IMG/VR virus record: IMGVR_UViG_3300020429_000529
Location: 326,762-390,761 of that record
Origin: a virus
DNA: 64,000 nucleotides
Strand: one strand, 5' to 3'
Below, piece after piece: positions 30,797 to 39,860 of the stretch (position 1 is its first letter; each line of letters begins with the position of its first letter). A program made the translations under genes and the position numbers. The notes beneath the pieces were generated by a model. The model had not been told where the DNA came from. It worked only from the letters and a program-made list of their open reading frames with translations, and did not search any database.

Positions 30797-33544
30797 ATGC
30801 AAGGTCACGATGACAGCGGAAGGGGCGGAACTCGCGGGGATCTACTGATCCCTCCGGGCTCGTATGCCTATTTCCAGTCAACGCAGAACGGTTCGATTTC
30901 GACGAAAGTCGGACCAACCAATGTCCCCTCGTCGGGTAACGAAAACCCGATCAAGTTCGATCCTCAATCGAGGAGATTCACTTCCTGTACGCCAGACCAG
31001 GCGATGCAGACAACAATTCGCGCAGGCGAGAATGATTACATCATCCTCGAAAATCCCTGTCTTCAGGGCGGCGAACTCGTCTTCCCCGGCACCAACAAAG
31101 ACAAGCTGCCCGAAAACGGCTTGGAGATGGGACGGCGAGTTGTTGTTCATGGACCTGTCTCTTTCGCGCTGTGGCCGGGCCAAGTCGCAACGGTTGTCGA
31201 GGGCCACGCTCTTCGGACCAACGAATACCTCGAACTGCGGGTCTACGACGCCGAAGCTGCGAAGAAGAACTGGTCCGAGGCCTCGGTAGTCGCTGCCTCG
31301 GCAACGACCGATACGGGAGGACAGGGCGGAGGACAGGGCGGTTCAGGCGGGGAGGATGACCAAAACGCTGGCTCTGCGGACGCTACTTCTGCTGACAAGG
31401 CTGGCGCTGCGGTGGTAAGCGGAGAAGTTCCTGACCTTAGAGTCGGTCAGCGGCTCATCATCAAGGGCACGGATGTCAGCTTCTACATGCCTCCGAGCGG
31501 TATCCAGGTTGTTTCCAGCGATGGAGACCGAACCTATGTTCGCAGCGCTGTCTCTCTCGAACTGCTCGAATACACGATCCTTGTTGATGAGTCGGGCGAC
31601 AAGCGATTCGTCCAAGGCCCTGCCGTTGTCTTCCCCGAGCCCACGGAGACTTTCTTCACGAAGAACGACACTCGGAAGTTCCGAGCGATCGAGCTTCAGG
31701 AGCAGGCTGGTCTTCATCTGAAGGCGCTCAAGGATTTCACCGACGAGGGAGGCAAGCAGCGCAAGGCTGGCGATGAATACTTCGTCACGGGCAAGGAACG
31801 ACCCATCTACTACCCGAGAGAAGAGGAAGCGATCGTTCCTTACGCCGAGGGCGAGCGAGTCCACTATGCCGTTGCGGTTCCCAAGGGAGAGGGCCGCTAT
31901 GTCATGGAGAAGGACTCGGGCGAGATCGATACTCGTACCGGACCCGAGATGCTTCTCTGCGACCCGACCGATGAAGTCATCGTTCGCAGGATCCTGACCG
32001 ATCGACAGTGCGAAGATTGGTATCCCGGCAACGATGCCGCTCGACGCTATAACGCCAGTCTGCGATCGATTCAGGAAGCTGCTGGTTCTGCTCGGAGCGA
32101 TGTTGTTTCCGATTCGGTCACTCGGAGAGCGGCAACTAAGGGCGTCAGTTCGTTGAGGTCTATCGCTCGTCGGGGCGAGGGCCTTGAGTCGCTGGCGTAT
32201 GCCGCTGCGGGCGAAGAATCCTTTGGGGCTGCGGAAGAGGCGGGTTCTGCCGTTCTCGAAGAGTTCGAGCGTAGGGGGAACTTCACTCAGCCCAAGAGTA
32301 TTACGCTCGACACCAAGTTCGAGGGCGTGCCGACGATCGAGCTTTGGACCGGCTACGCCGTTATGGTCGTCAACAAGAGCGGCGACCGTCGCATCGAGGT
32401 TGGTCCGACCACTCTTCTTCTCGACTACGACGAATCGTTGGAGATCATGGAGCTTTCGACCGGCAAGCCCAAGTCTACCGACACTCTGCTGCGAACCGTT
32501 TACCTCCGAGTTCAGAACAACAAGGTCTCGGATGTCATCGAAGTCGAGACAAGCGATCATGTTCGAGTCAAGGTCAAGGTTTCGTTCCGAGTCAACTTCG
32601 CTGAGAGCAACCCGAACAACGCTGAAGACAAGACTGACTACAAGACCCGTTGGTTCGCTACCGAGAACTATGTCAAGCTGCTCTGCGACCATGTTCGTTC
32701 TGTTCTCAAGGGCGAGGTCAAGAAGCACTCGATCTCGGAGTTCTACGCCACGGCGACGGCGACGATTCGAGATATCCTTCTCGGCAAGAGAGCGGAAGGA
32801 ACGGGTCGTCCTGGTATGTTCTTCGACGAGAACGGCATGCACGTCGTTGATGTCGAAGTTCTCGCCACCGACATCGAAGATCGAGAGATCAGCGCTTTAC
32901 TGATCGGCGCTCAGCGAGAAGCTGTCGAATCCAACATCAAGGTCGCTGCTGCCAAGCGTCAGCTTGAAACGACGACCAGCATGGAGGATATGGCTCGTCA
33001 AGAGGCCACGGCTCGCGAAGCGACGAAGAAGCATGCTCATGATCTGCAACTCGCTGAGTTCCAGCGAGATCTCACTCGTTCGCTCGATCGGATCAGGTCC
33101 GAACTCGAAACCCATCAATCGAACAAGGAAGTCATCGAGGCTCGCATCGCCAACGGCGACATCGAGGCTCAGGCGGAGCTTGTTCGCGAGAAGGCTCGAC
33201 ACGACCAGTTGATCGAGCAGAAGAAGGCGGAGCAGGAAATCGAACTCGCCAAGCTCAAGGCCGAGGTCGATGCTGTCAAGGAACGCTTCGGCGCTCTCGA
33301 CGACAGCAACCTGCCCGAGATGTTGGCGGTTCTCAGCAGAGAGGACATGCTGACTCGTATCGCTACGGCCTCGTCTTGGCAGACTGTCATCGGCGGTCAG
33401 AGCCTCGACGACGCTCTCGGCGGTATCTTCGGACCTGACTCGCCTGTCGCCAAGATGCTCGCCACGCTCAAGGCTGGCTCCTCGATCGCTCCTGCGGTCA
33501 TCGGCAGCAGTCGAACGGCGGCAAGGGCTGGCAGCGAGGACTGA
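30797..33544 (+). CDS. major vault protein (MVP) homolog
   Basis: 915 aa. The N-terminal LLIPPGSYAYFQSTQNGSISTKVGPTNVP matches the MVP repeat VIRIPPYHYIHVLDQN...VEVGPKTYI; there are several further MVP-type repeats; an SPFH/shoulder-like segment RTVYLRVQNNKVSDVIEVETSDHVRVKVKVSFRVNF; and a long C-terminal coiled coil like the cap helix. Confidence 0.8.
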   Translation: MQGHDDSGRGGTRGDLLIPPGSYAYFQSTQNGSISTKVGPTNVPSSGNENPIKFDPQSRRFTSCTPDQAMQTTIRAGENDYIILENPCLQGGELVFPGTNKDKLPENGLEMGRRVVVHGPVSFALWPGQVATVVEGHALRTNEYLELRVYDAEAAKKNWSEASVVAASATTDTGGQGGGQGGSGGEDDQNAGSADATSADKAGAAVVSGEVPDLRVGQRLIIKGTDVSFYMPPSGIQVVSSDGDRTYVRSAVSLELLEYTILVDESGDKRFVQGPAVVFPEPTETFFTKNDTRKFRAIELQEQAGLHLKALKDFTDEGGKQRKAGDEYFVTGKERPIYYPREEEAIVPYAEGERVHYAVAVPKGEGRYVMEKDSGEIDTRTGPEMLLCDPTDEVIVRRILTDRQCEDWYPGNDAARRYNASLRSIQEAAGSARSDVVSDSVTRRAATKGVSSLRSIARRGEGLESLAYAAAGEESFGAAEEAGSAVLEEFERRGNFTQPKSITLDTKFEGVPTIELWTGYAVMVVNKSGDRRIEVGPTTLLLDYDESLEIMELSTGKPKSTDTLLRTVYLRVQNNKVSDVIEVETSDHVRVKVKVSFRVNFAESNPNNAEDKTDYKTRWFATENYVKLLCDHVRSVLKGEVKKHSISEFYATATATIRDILLGKRAEGTGRPGMFFDENGMHVVDVEVLATDIEDREISALLIGAQREAVESNIKVAAAKRQLETTTSMEDMARQEATAREATKKHAHDLQLAEFQRDLTRSLDRIRSELETHQSNKEVIEARIANGDIEAQAELVREKARHDQLIEQKKAEQEIELAKLKAEVDAVKERFGALDDSNLPEMLAVLSREDMLTRIATASSWQTVIGGQSLDDALGGIFGPDSPVAKMLATLKAGSSIAPAVIGSSRTAARAGSED

Positions 33545-33575
33545 CCCACTCCGAGAGCCTTGTCTCTCCTCTACG

Positions 33576-33606
33576 CCCCTCGGGGATTCGTTCCCGAGGG
33601 GTTTTC
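33576..33606 (+). terminator. rho-independent terminator after the MVP gene
   Basis: cccctcggggattcgttcccgagggg hairpin followed by TTTT. Confidence 0.65.
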
Positions 33607-33622
33607 TTTCGCGGGCACGGCA

Positions 33623-33650
33623 TTGCCGGTGAAAGACTGAATGGTATAAT
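33623..33650 (+). promoter_or_regulatory. promoter TTGCCG-16-TGgTATAAT (extended -10)
   Basis: Perfect TATAAT at 33645-33650 preceded by TG; about 125 nt upstream of the ATG at 33775. Confidence 0.5.
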
Positions 33651-33774
33651 GGGCTTCGGTCGATAAGACCGCAGACAACTGAAGATTCCCAGGAGCGGTT
33701 CCTGGAAACTCCAACCGGCTGAAAACAAACCTGATAGGCGGTTAGCCGGTACGCCTACTGTAGGAGGTACATCA

Positions 33775-34596
33775 ATGATGTATACCGCTCATTTTGTGTG
33801 CGCCATCAAAGTCGATGGCAAGACGATGCGAGAGTTCAATTCTGAGGGCAGCAAGGATATTTACCTGCCCTTCGGTTCTGATTACTCGCTCTACCTTAAG
33901 AACATGGATTCGCGCCGAGCCGTTGTATCGATCTCGATCGATGGCGAGGATGTCCTTGACGGCACTCAGATCGTCATCGATGGTAACGACTCCATGGAAC
34001 TTGAAGGCTTCCTGAACTCGTCGTCTAACCTTGTCAAGAACAAGTTCAGGTTCATCGAGAAAAGCGACAAGGTTCGAGAGCATCGGGGCGAGGAGCCTGA
34101 GGATGGTCTGATTCGGGTTGAGTTCCAGTTCGAGGAGCCTGCTCCTCCGCCTCCTCCCGTTACTCCTTGGCCTCGTCGCAGAGATCGCTACCCTGATGAT
34201 CGCCCTTGGCGTCCTGATGGGCCGTACTTTGCTTCTCATACCAAGGGTATCGATGGGGCTCCGCAGTCGAGCATCCTTCGAGGCGTTGGCGGATCGAGCG
34301 AGGTTTCTGTTCAGTCGTTCAACTGTACGCATACGCCCTGCTCGCATACTCCCGTCAATGATGAGGGTATTACGGTTGCGGGCGCTCAGACGCATCAGAA
34401 GTTCGGCACGACCTGGGTTCGTCGTCTCGATCCTCAGAAGCATGTCATGGTCTTCAAGCTGCGAGGCGAGACCGGACAGCAGAAGCCTGTTTCTCGTCCT
34501 GTGACGGCTCGGAGAAAGGTCAAGTGTCCGACCTGCGGCACGCCGAGTCGTTCTGACGCTCGCTTCTGCGGCGAATGCGCTACGGCGCTCGTCTAA
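33775..34596 (+). CDS. hypothetical protein with Pro-rich linker and C-terminal zinc ribbon
   Basis: GTAGGAGG RBS; C-terminal KCPTCGTPSRSDARFCGECA. Confidence 0.7.
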   Translation: MMYTAHFVCAIKVDGKTMREFNSEGSKDIYLPFGSDYSLYLKNMDSRRAVVSISIDGEDVLDGTQIVIDGNDSMELEGFLNSSSNLVKNKFRFIEKSDKVREHRGEEPEDGLIRVEFQFEEPAPPPPPVTPWPRRRDRYPDDRPWRPDGPYFASHTKGIDGAPQSSILRGVGGSSEVSVQSFNCTHTPCSHTPVNDEGITVAGAQTHQKFGTTWVRRLDPQKHVMVFKLRGETGQQKPVSRPVTARRKVKCPTCGTPSRSDARFCGECATALV

Positions 34597-34604
34597 GGCA
34601 CTAA

Positions 34605-34640
34605 CCCTCTCAGGGGGCGCGAAAAAATCGCCCCTGAGGG
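34605..34640 (+). terminator. strong hairpin (13-bp stem) without a clear U-tract; terminator-like or regulatory
   Basis: ccctctcagggggcg...cgcccctgaggg inverted repeat just after the stop at 34596. Confidence 0.35.
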
Positions 34641-34749
34641 CTTGCAGGTGAATCGGAAAGGGCCTATACTCCGTGGACCTCTGGCGGACTAAGGCCGAAA
34701 AAGCCGACCACTGACAGAGGAATCGTCCTGACTACGCATGTATAGGGAC

Positions 34750-34761
34750 AAGCCTCTTTGA
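34750..34761 (+). promoter_or_regulatory. CTCTTTGACAAC motif copy immediately upstream of the tmRNA 5' end
   Basis: Related to the motif copies at 1817, 11548 and 26157. Confidence 0.3.
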
Positions 34762-34767
34762 CAACCT

Positions 34768-35118
34768 GGGGGTGATATGGAATCGACCGAATGATGTAGG
34801 TTGATGATCGCGAGTCGGGGATGCATGCTCAGGCCCCGTTATCAAGGTATGCACAAATTAGTTGCCAACAGCAACACCCTCCGCATGGCTGCTTAATCAG
34901 CCTGCTCGCAACCCGAAGACACCGATATTCGGGAAGCGAAAGACCATCGGGTTAGGCATCGTCTTCAACGCCTGAGGATTCGATGACCGAAACTAAAAGG
35001 GCTGCTCCGAAGGTCATGCTGTCGCTGGCAGGACTGAGGCTAAGATAAATCAGCGAATACACTCGTAGAGGTCTCTGCTGACCCATTCGACACCGGGGTT
35101 CGAGTCCCCGCACCTCCA
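34768..35118 (+). ncRNA. ssrA: tmRNA (ssrA), tag reading frame ANSNTLRMAA*
   Basis: The 5' end GGGGGUGAUAUGGAAUCGACCG resembles the tmRNA consensus GGGGCUGAUUCUGGAUUCGACGGG. The 3' end ccgggguucgaguccccgcaccucca pairs with the 5' acceptor with G3:U70. The internal ORF gcc aac agc aac acc ctc cgc atg gct gct taa gives the tag. Confidence 0.8.
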
Positions 35119-35126
35119 CTTCAGAA

Positions 35127-35151
35127 AGGCCCGCCGCAAGGCGGGTTTTTC
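35127..35151 (+). terminator. rho-independent terminator (GCAA tetraloop) after the tmRNA; shared with the convergent minus gene
   Basis: gcccgccgcaaggcggg hairpin followed by TTTTT. Confidence 0.7.
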
Positions 35152-35654
35152 TATGCGCCCTGCTCATTGAGCCAAGCATCGTGCCTGGCTTGTATTGCCT
35201 CGCAAGCAGCATCGGCTCTCTTCTGCGCCTGCTCTCGACCCTCAGGGCCTTGGTAGATCTTCGAATCAGGAGCGTTCTCAATAGAGAACGTGTTTGATCC
35301 GTCGATGGGGAAACGAGAAGGCCCATCGGGGCCGAGCATGGTGGGAATGCCATCAGCGATACGCATGCCAGTTTCAGCAGCAACCTGCTCCGCTACTTCT
35401 CTCTTGTCTGCGGGGATTGAAATGACAAACCATGTCATCTCTTCCCATTTGATCTGAAAGAACTGGAACTCATCGTTGTCAGGCGTGCCTGGTACAAAGT
35501 TTTCGTACTCAAGCTTCATGCAGAACCAGTTTACGCATGGTCTGTTCGCCATGACAATGATATTGAACCGATTTTCGCTGTTGCAGAACTCGGTGATTTC
35601 AGCGAGCGTTGTCGGTTGAAACTGAACAGGCGAATCTTCAGGTACAGAAACCAT
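35151..35654 (-). CDS. hypothetical protein
   Basis: Start set at an internal Met with AGGAGA RBS; the longer ORF-track version would overlap the AAA+ gene by 106 nt. Confidence 0.6.
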   Translation of the reverse strand: MVSVPEDSPVQFQPTTLAEITEFCNSENRFNIIVMANRPCVNWFCMKLEYENFVPGTPDNDEFQFFQIKWEEMTWFVISIPADKREVAEQVAAETGMRIADGIPTMLGPDGPSRFPIDGSNTFSIENAPDSKIYQGPEGREQAQKRADAACEAIQARHDAWLNEQGA

Positions 35655-35661
35655 GGTATCT

Positions 35662-35700
35662 CCTAAGAGGAAAAAAGGCCGCCCGCCGCAGAACGACGGA
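35662..35700 (-). terminator. putative terminator downstream of the AAA+ gene (minus strand)
   Basis: GC-rich imperfect hairpin followed by TTTTTT on the minus strand. Confidence 0.35.
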
Positions 35701-35733
35701 CGGCCCGGGTATGCCCGGCAATGCCGGAGCAGA

Positions 35734-37407
35734 TCAGGAGGTAGCATCGTCGGCGGTGGTTCCAGCGCCGACAAGCGTATCCTTGCTACCCGCAGTGACT
35801 TCCTTGACGACCACCTCGACCTGATCGGGGTGGATGCCAAGTTCCTTGACGGCGGCTTCGGCTCGCTCGGCCATTTCCTTCTGAGCCTCCTCAGAGGAAA
35901 GGGGTCCGCTGCCGTCCTGAGTCATGGCAAGACCGACCTTGCCAGCGATGAGCCCCATGATGGGCGGAGGAATGATGCCTCCGAGGGGCGAGCGAGCGGC
36001 GATGACCGAACCGATGCCAGCGCCGAGCGAAGCCAGTCCGACTTCCATGGCCGAAGGACCATCGCCCTTCGCGCCATCCATCAGGTCGAGGTGAGGCTTC
36101 ATGCCGTCGAAGGCATCTCGCAGATGCTTCGCATTGACATTGCCCTCGATCTCGTCGTACTCTTCGAGAGCGATGAGCTTGGCTCGCTCGACGCACTCTC
36201 GAATCGTCGCAGGGATCTGCCCCTGCAGAGCCTCGGCAGCAGCATCGATATCGATGTTCTCGGTCAGCAGGGAGCCGCCGTACTGCTTGATGAGGCGAGC
36301 CGCAGCCGCCTGGTCCGGCGGTTCGATCGGAACGACCGCATCGAGACGACCGGGACGGACCATCGCCTTGTTGATCTGCTCGGGATGGTTGGTCGAGACA
36401 ACGGTGATGATCTCGCTGTTCTTGAACTCAACGCCATCGATCGTGTTGAGGATCTTGTTGAGTTCGTCGGTGCGGCCCTGGTTCGTCGCCTTGTCAACAT
36501 CTTCGGCGAAGATGACGCAGGGAGCGTACAGCTTGGCGTAGCGGAGAGCAAGCGCCAGATCGTTGACATCTTCCAGGTACAGGAAGGTCCAGCCGTTGTC
36601 CACGCACTTGCGAGCGGTGACCTTGGCCGTCAGCGTCTTGCCGCAGCCGTATGGACCCTTGAGCAGAACGCCTCGCTTGAGCGGAATGCGAGCCTTGCGG
36701 CAGCGATCCGTATGCTCGATCGGCGTGAAGAGGCCCTGGCGGATCAGCTTCTCTGCCATCTCGGGCAGAATAAGCTGGTTGACATCGGTGTCGTCGGTGT
36801 CCATGAACTCGGGGGAATCGATGTTCGGGTCGAACGCTCGATCCTCTCGGATCCAGTCGAACTTGACGCGGATGGCCTTGCCCTTGTAGATCGAATGCTC
36901 GCGGAGCATCTGCTGTGTCAGCAGACCGATGTGCTGCGCCTCGGCTTCATCCTTTTTCTTGATGTTGCCAGAGATGACGAAGGCAGGATCAGCCTTTTTG
37001 CGGTGCGGAATGTCGGTTTCGAACATGCCGTCGATGCCCGGAACCTTGAACGAGCCCCACGGAACCTGCATGCGGTCCTCGTCCCTGGGGCCTGTGGGGA
37101 CGGTGATGAGGACCGGCGGACTCCCAGAGTCGAAGAAGTGCTTCGGCGGAGTACGAGTTCCGATCGAATGGCCGTAGCGTTCGAGCAAAGCTCGCTGCAT
37201 AGCGACAGCGCCGTCGAGAGGGAAGCAGGGAATCTCGTGGCTGACGCCGACCATCGTCTCCTGCTCTTCCTGGATCATGTAGAGCGCATCAATTGCTTCT
37301 TGCGTCTCCATTTTCCGAGGTTGATTGGGAAGAACGATCTTCGACCCGTGATGCGCGAGCGCAACACTCTTGAACGGATTCTTCTTTTCCTTTGGCATAG
37401 TGGACAT
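35734..37407 (-). CDS. AAA+ ATPase (single AAA domain, CDC48/FtsH-type fold)
   Basis: Walker A GPYGCGKT, Walker B CVIFAEDVD, sensor and arginine finger region ...VSTNHPEQINKAMVRPGRLD. Confidence 0.8.
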   Translation of the reverse strand: MSTMPKEKKNPFKSVALAHHGSKIVLPNQPRKMETQEAIDALYMIQEEQETMVGVSHEIPCFPLDGAVAMQRALLERYGHSIGTRTPPKHFFDSGSPPVLITVPTGPRDEDRMQVPWGSFKVPGIDGMFETDIPHRKKADPAFVISGNIKKKDEAEAQHIGLLTQQMLREHSIYKGKAIRVKFDWIREDRAFDPNIDSPEFMDTDDTDVNQLILPEMAEKLIRQGLFTPIEHTDRCRKARIPLKRGVLLKGPYGCGKTLTAKVTARKCVDNGWTFLYLEDVNDLALALRYAKLYAPCVIFAEDVDKATNQGRTDELNKILNTIDGVEFKNSEIITVVSTNHPEQINKAMVRPGRLDAVVPIEPPDQAAAARLIKQYGGSLLTENIDIDAAAEALQGQIPATIRECVERAKLIALEEYDEIEGNVNAKHLRDAFDGMKPHLDLMDGAKGDGPSAMEVGLASLGAGIGSVIAARSPLGGIIPPPIMGLIAGKVGLAMTQDGSGPLSSEEAQKEMAERAEAAVKELGIHPDQVEVVVKEVTAGSKDTLVGAGTTADDATS

Positions 37408-37577
37408 ACCCTTAGTCGTTCCCGAGGTTTCTTGCTTCGATCCGTTCGAAGCGATCTGCCTCGCTGATTACTGAATGTCATTATGGCGGTTTCGCTGTCA
37501 CCTGCAAGTCGAGAAACAAGGTGCAAGGAGAATCCTTTACAATAGGCTTCGTAAACGAAAGATCGGAGACAGGTGAA

Positions 37578-38048
37578 ATGGATCGAGAGAGCGTTCTGAA
37601 TCTACCCGATGATGAGAAGCGAGAGAAGCTTTATGACGGGGCAGGAGCGGTCGAGGGCAGCTTTCTGGCAGAACTGTTTGATGCCAAAGGCGAAAGAGTT
37701 TATCTCTATGACATTTACGGGTATGAACACTCGACTATTTATGTTTCTCGACAGAAGGTATCGCAAGCGGAGCTAAACGATCTGCTTGCAGGATTCTATC
37801 TTGACCAGAACAAGGCTCGCAAGTTCGATCAAGAATGGGAGAAACAGCCTCGTATTGAAGCGCTTTATGAGGCTCAGAACTTTGACGAGATATACCGCCT
37901 CAAGGAAGTAGAAGGCGTTGATGCGGAGCGGGACAGAATCGAAGGCGTTGATCTGCCCGAGCGTTTGTTCGCAGAGTTTGGCATGTTGCGGATCTCTTGC
38001 GAGCAGAAGATTTTCGAAGACGATTTCAGGTTGAGAAACTATGCTTGA
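37578..38048 (+). CDS. hypothetical protein
   Basis: ATG with GGAGACAGG RBS; the ORF-track version starts earlier at GTG. Confidence 0.5.
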   Translation: MDRESVLNLPDDEKREKLYDGAGAVEGSFLAELFDAKGERVYLYDIYGYEHSTIYVSRQKVSQAELNDLLAGFYLDQNKARKFDQEWEKQPRIEALYEAQNFDEIYRLKEVEGVDAERDRIEGVDLPERLFAEFGMLRISCEQKIFEDDFRLRNYA

Positions 38049-38289
38049 ATGGTTTAGTGCTGATACGCTGTCTTGGGCGTCTGCGGTCGTTCTGATTGTG
38101 GCATATATCCTTGTAGGGCAGCGCAAGAGTTACGGATGGGGTATCAACTTGATCGGTAGCGGCGGCTTCGTTGCGACCGGCATTTGGATCGAGAACTACG
38201 GTATCTCTTTCTTCAACGCATTCATGATGCTCGTATCTGCATTCAACTGGTGGCTTTGGTCTCGGCCAAAATCTCCTGAGAAAACCTGA
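38041..38289 (+). CDS. small membrane protein (2-3 TM helices)
   Basis: Overlaps the upstream stop; hydrophobic segments WASAVVLIVAYILV and FNAFMMLVSAFNWWLW. Confidence 0.5.
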   Translation: MLEWFSADTLSWASAVVLIVAYILVGQRKSYGWGINLIGSGGFVATGIWIENYGISFFNAFMMLVSAFNWWLWSRPKSPEKT

Positions 38290-38400
38290 CTCAAATCTCC
38301 TACGGCGATTTTCTAACCCCAAAGAGGGTATTCGCATGAGGGGGCGTAGTAGCTTCTATAGCCCCTTTGGCGCATAATCGCCGTATAGGAGAACACAGAC

Positions 38401-39780
38401 ATGGAAAGGGTAACAAACCTGAGCAGACGCTCGGGCGGTATCGCTCCGCCAACTTCTAAAGTTCCTTCCAAAACCCTACAAGCGGCTACTTCACCGTTCT
38501 CCGCGAAACTCACAGAAGTCGATGCAGATAAGATTGTCAAGCCCATCGATGTCAAGCCCGTTGATCCGCCGGTAAGCGTTCTGCCGCCAGGCGGAACTCT
38601 GGTCATTCAGCTTCTTCTGAAGTTTGGCTTCGAGCAGGCTAAGGCATATGCTCTGGTCAAGGAACTCGGAACAGATGACCCAGAACTTTGGCGCGCAGAG
38701 TTCGAGGTCATGGGTCTCGACGAGAAGCTTTACATTGCTATTCGGGACTTGCTGAACGAGATCAACGACACCAACCCGGTCGATCCCACCGATCATCCAG
38801 ACTTTACCTACGCCCACTTCGTTGACAACTTCTACTCGATGTGGTTGACGGGCGCAAGCGGCAATCTTGATCTGTATGGCATGGGATGGGGTATCCCAAC
38901 AAGAGGGTACAGCAACTTCTTTGATACCTACATCGCTGAAAGTATTGAGAAGGGAGTCAAGAAGACGCATATCCACCTTCCTCATGGAACCTCGGGCGGG
39001 CCGATGCAGTTTGACATGCTCCTTGAGGCGCAGGATTCAGGAAAGACCTTCGCATACGAAGGGTTCTATGAGAATCTTGAGTCTGTTTACCAGAATCATC
39101 CAGATCACAGATTCTTGCTCTACTTTGGTTCAATTCGTCTTGATGCGTACTTCAAGGATGCGCTAACCGATGGAAGAGCAAGAGACTGGTTCAAGCGAGC
39201 AGTAGACAGTATTGCTCCCGCTCTTGCGGCTCGTAATGTTGACATTGGTTTCGATGCCCCAATGGGAGCCCCTGCTACTTACGATCAAGAGGGACCAGTT
39301 CTTCAGTTTATTCGAACGGTTCGAGCCCTAAAGAAGACGCAGGGTTGCGAAGTCTATGTTGAACCTCGACAGCACTTCGACGCTCCGATGTGGCATGACT
39401 TCAATGTCTTGAGTATTGAATCATTCTGGAATCGGTCGAACCCCGATCGTTATGCTGATTCTGCTCGTTGGGCCATCCGTAATCAGGATATTCGCGCCAA
39501 GGTTATCCGCATGGAGGCAAGTCGCCCTCCTGTTGATAGCAACAATCGTCCTCTTGATTGGAGAGCATATATCCCGCAAAGAATCACCAATGTCATGATT
39601 GATAATCAAGACGGACAGTTCCCATACCAGTATTCTCATGGACTGGTGAGAAGCATGATCTTCCCTGATGGTAGCACTGGCGCAACCTACGGACCTCTTG
39701 CGGAAAACATGAGAGAGATCTACGACGAAACTATTGCATACGCTCAGAGCGTCGGTTCTTTGTCAACCGCTTCAGGCTGA
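38401..39780 (+). CDS. hypothetical protein, paralog family A
   Basis: TAGGAGAACA RBS; KTHIHLPHGTSGGPM / FLLYFGSIRLD motifs. Confidence 0.75.
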   Translation: MERVTNLSRRSGGIAPPTSKVPSKTLQAATSPFSAKLTEVDADKIVKPIDVKPVDPPVSVLPPGGTLVIQLLLKFGFEQAKAYALVKELGTDDPELWRAEFEVMGLDEKLYIAIRDLLNEINDTNPVDPTDHPDFTYAHFVDNFYSMWLTGASGNLDLYGMGWGIPTRGYSNFFDTYIAESIEKGVKKTHIHLPHGTSGGPMQFDMLLEAQDSGKTFAYEGFYENLESVYQNHPDHRFLLYFGSIRLDAYFKDALTDGRARDWFKRAVDSIAPALAARNVDIGFDAPMGAPATYDQEGPVLQFIRTVRALKKTQGCEVYVEPRQHFDAPMWHDFNVLSIESFWNRSNPDRYADSARWAIRNQDIRAKVIRMEASRPPVDSNNRPLDWRAYIPQRITNVMIDNQDGQFPYQYSHGLVRSMIFPDGSTGATYGPLAENMREIYDETIAYAQSVGSLSTASG

Positions 39781-39810
39781 TAGTCCAAGACATCAAGACC
39801 GTCTACAAAA

Positions 39811-39839
39811 GTAGCCCCGAAATGGGGGCTACTTCTTTA
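39811..39839 (+). terminator. bidirectional rho-independent terminator
   Basis: gtagccccgaaatgggggctac hairpin flanked by an A-run upstream and a T-run downstream, between convergent genes. Confidence 0.7.
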
Positions 39840-39860
39840 ATCAGGTTCGTCTGCAAGAGC

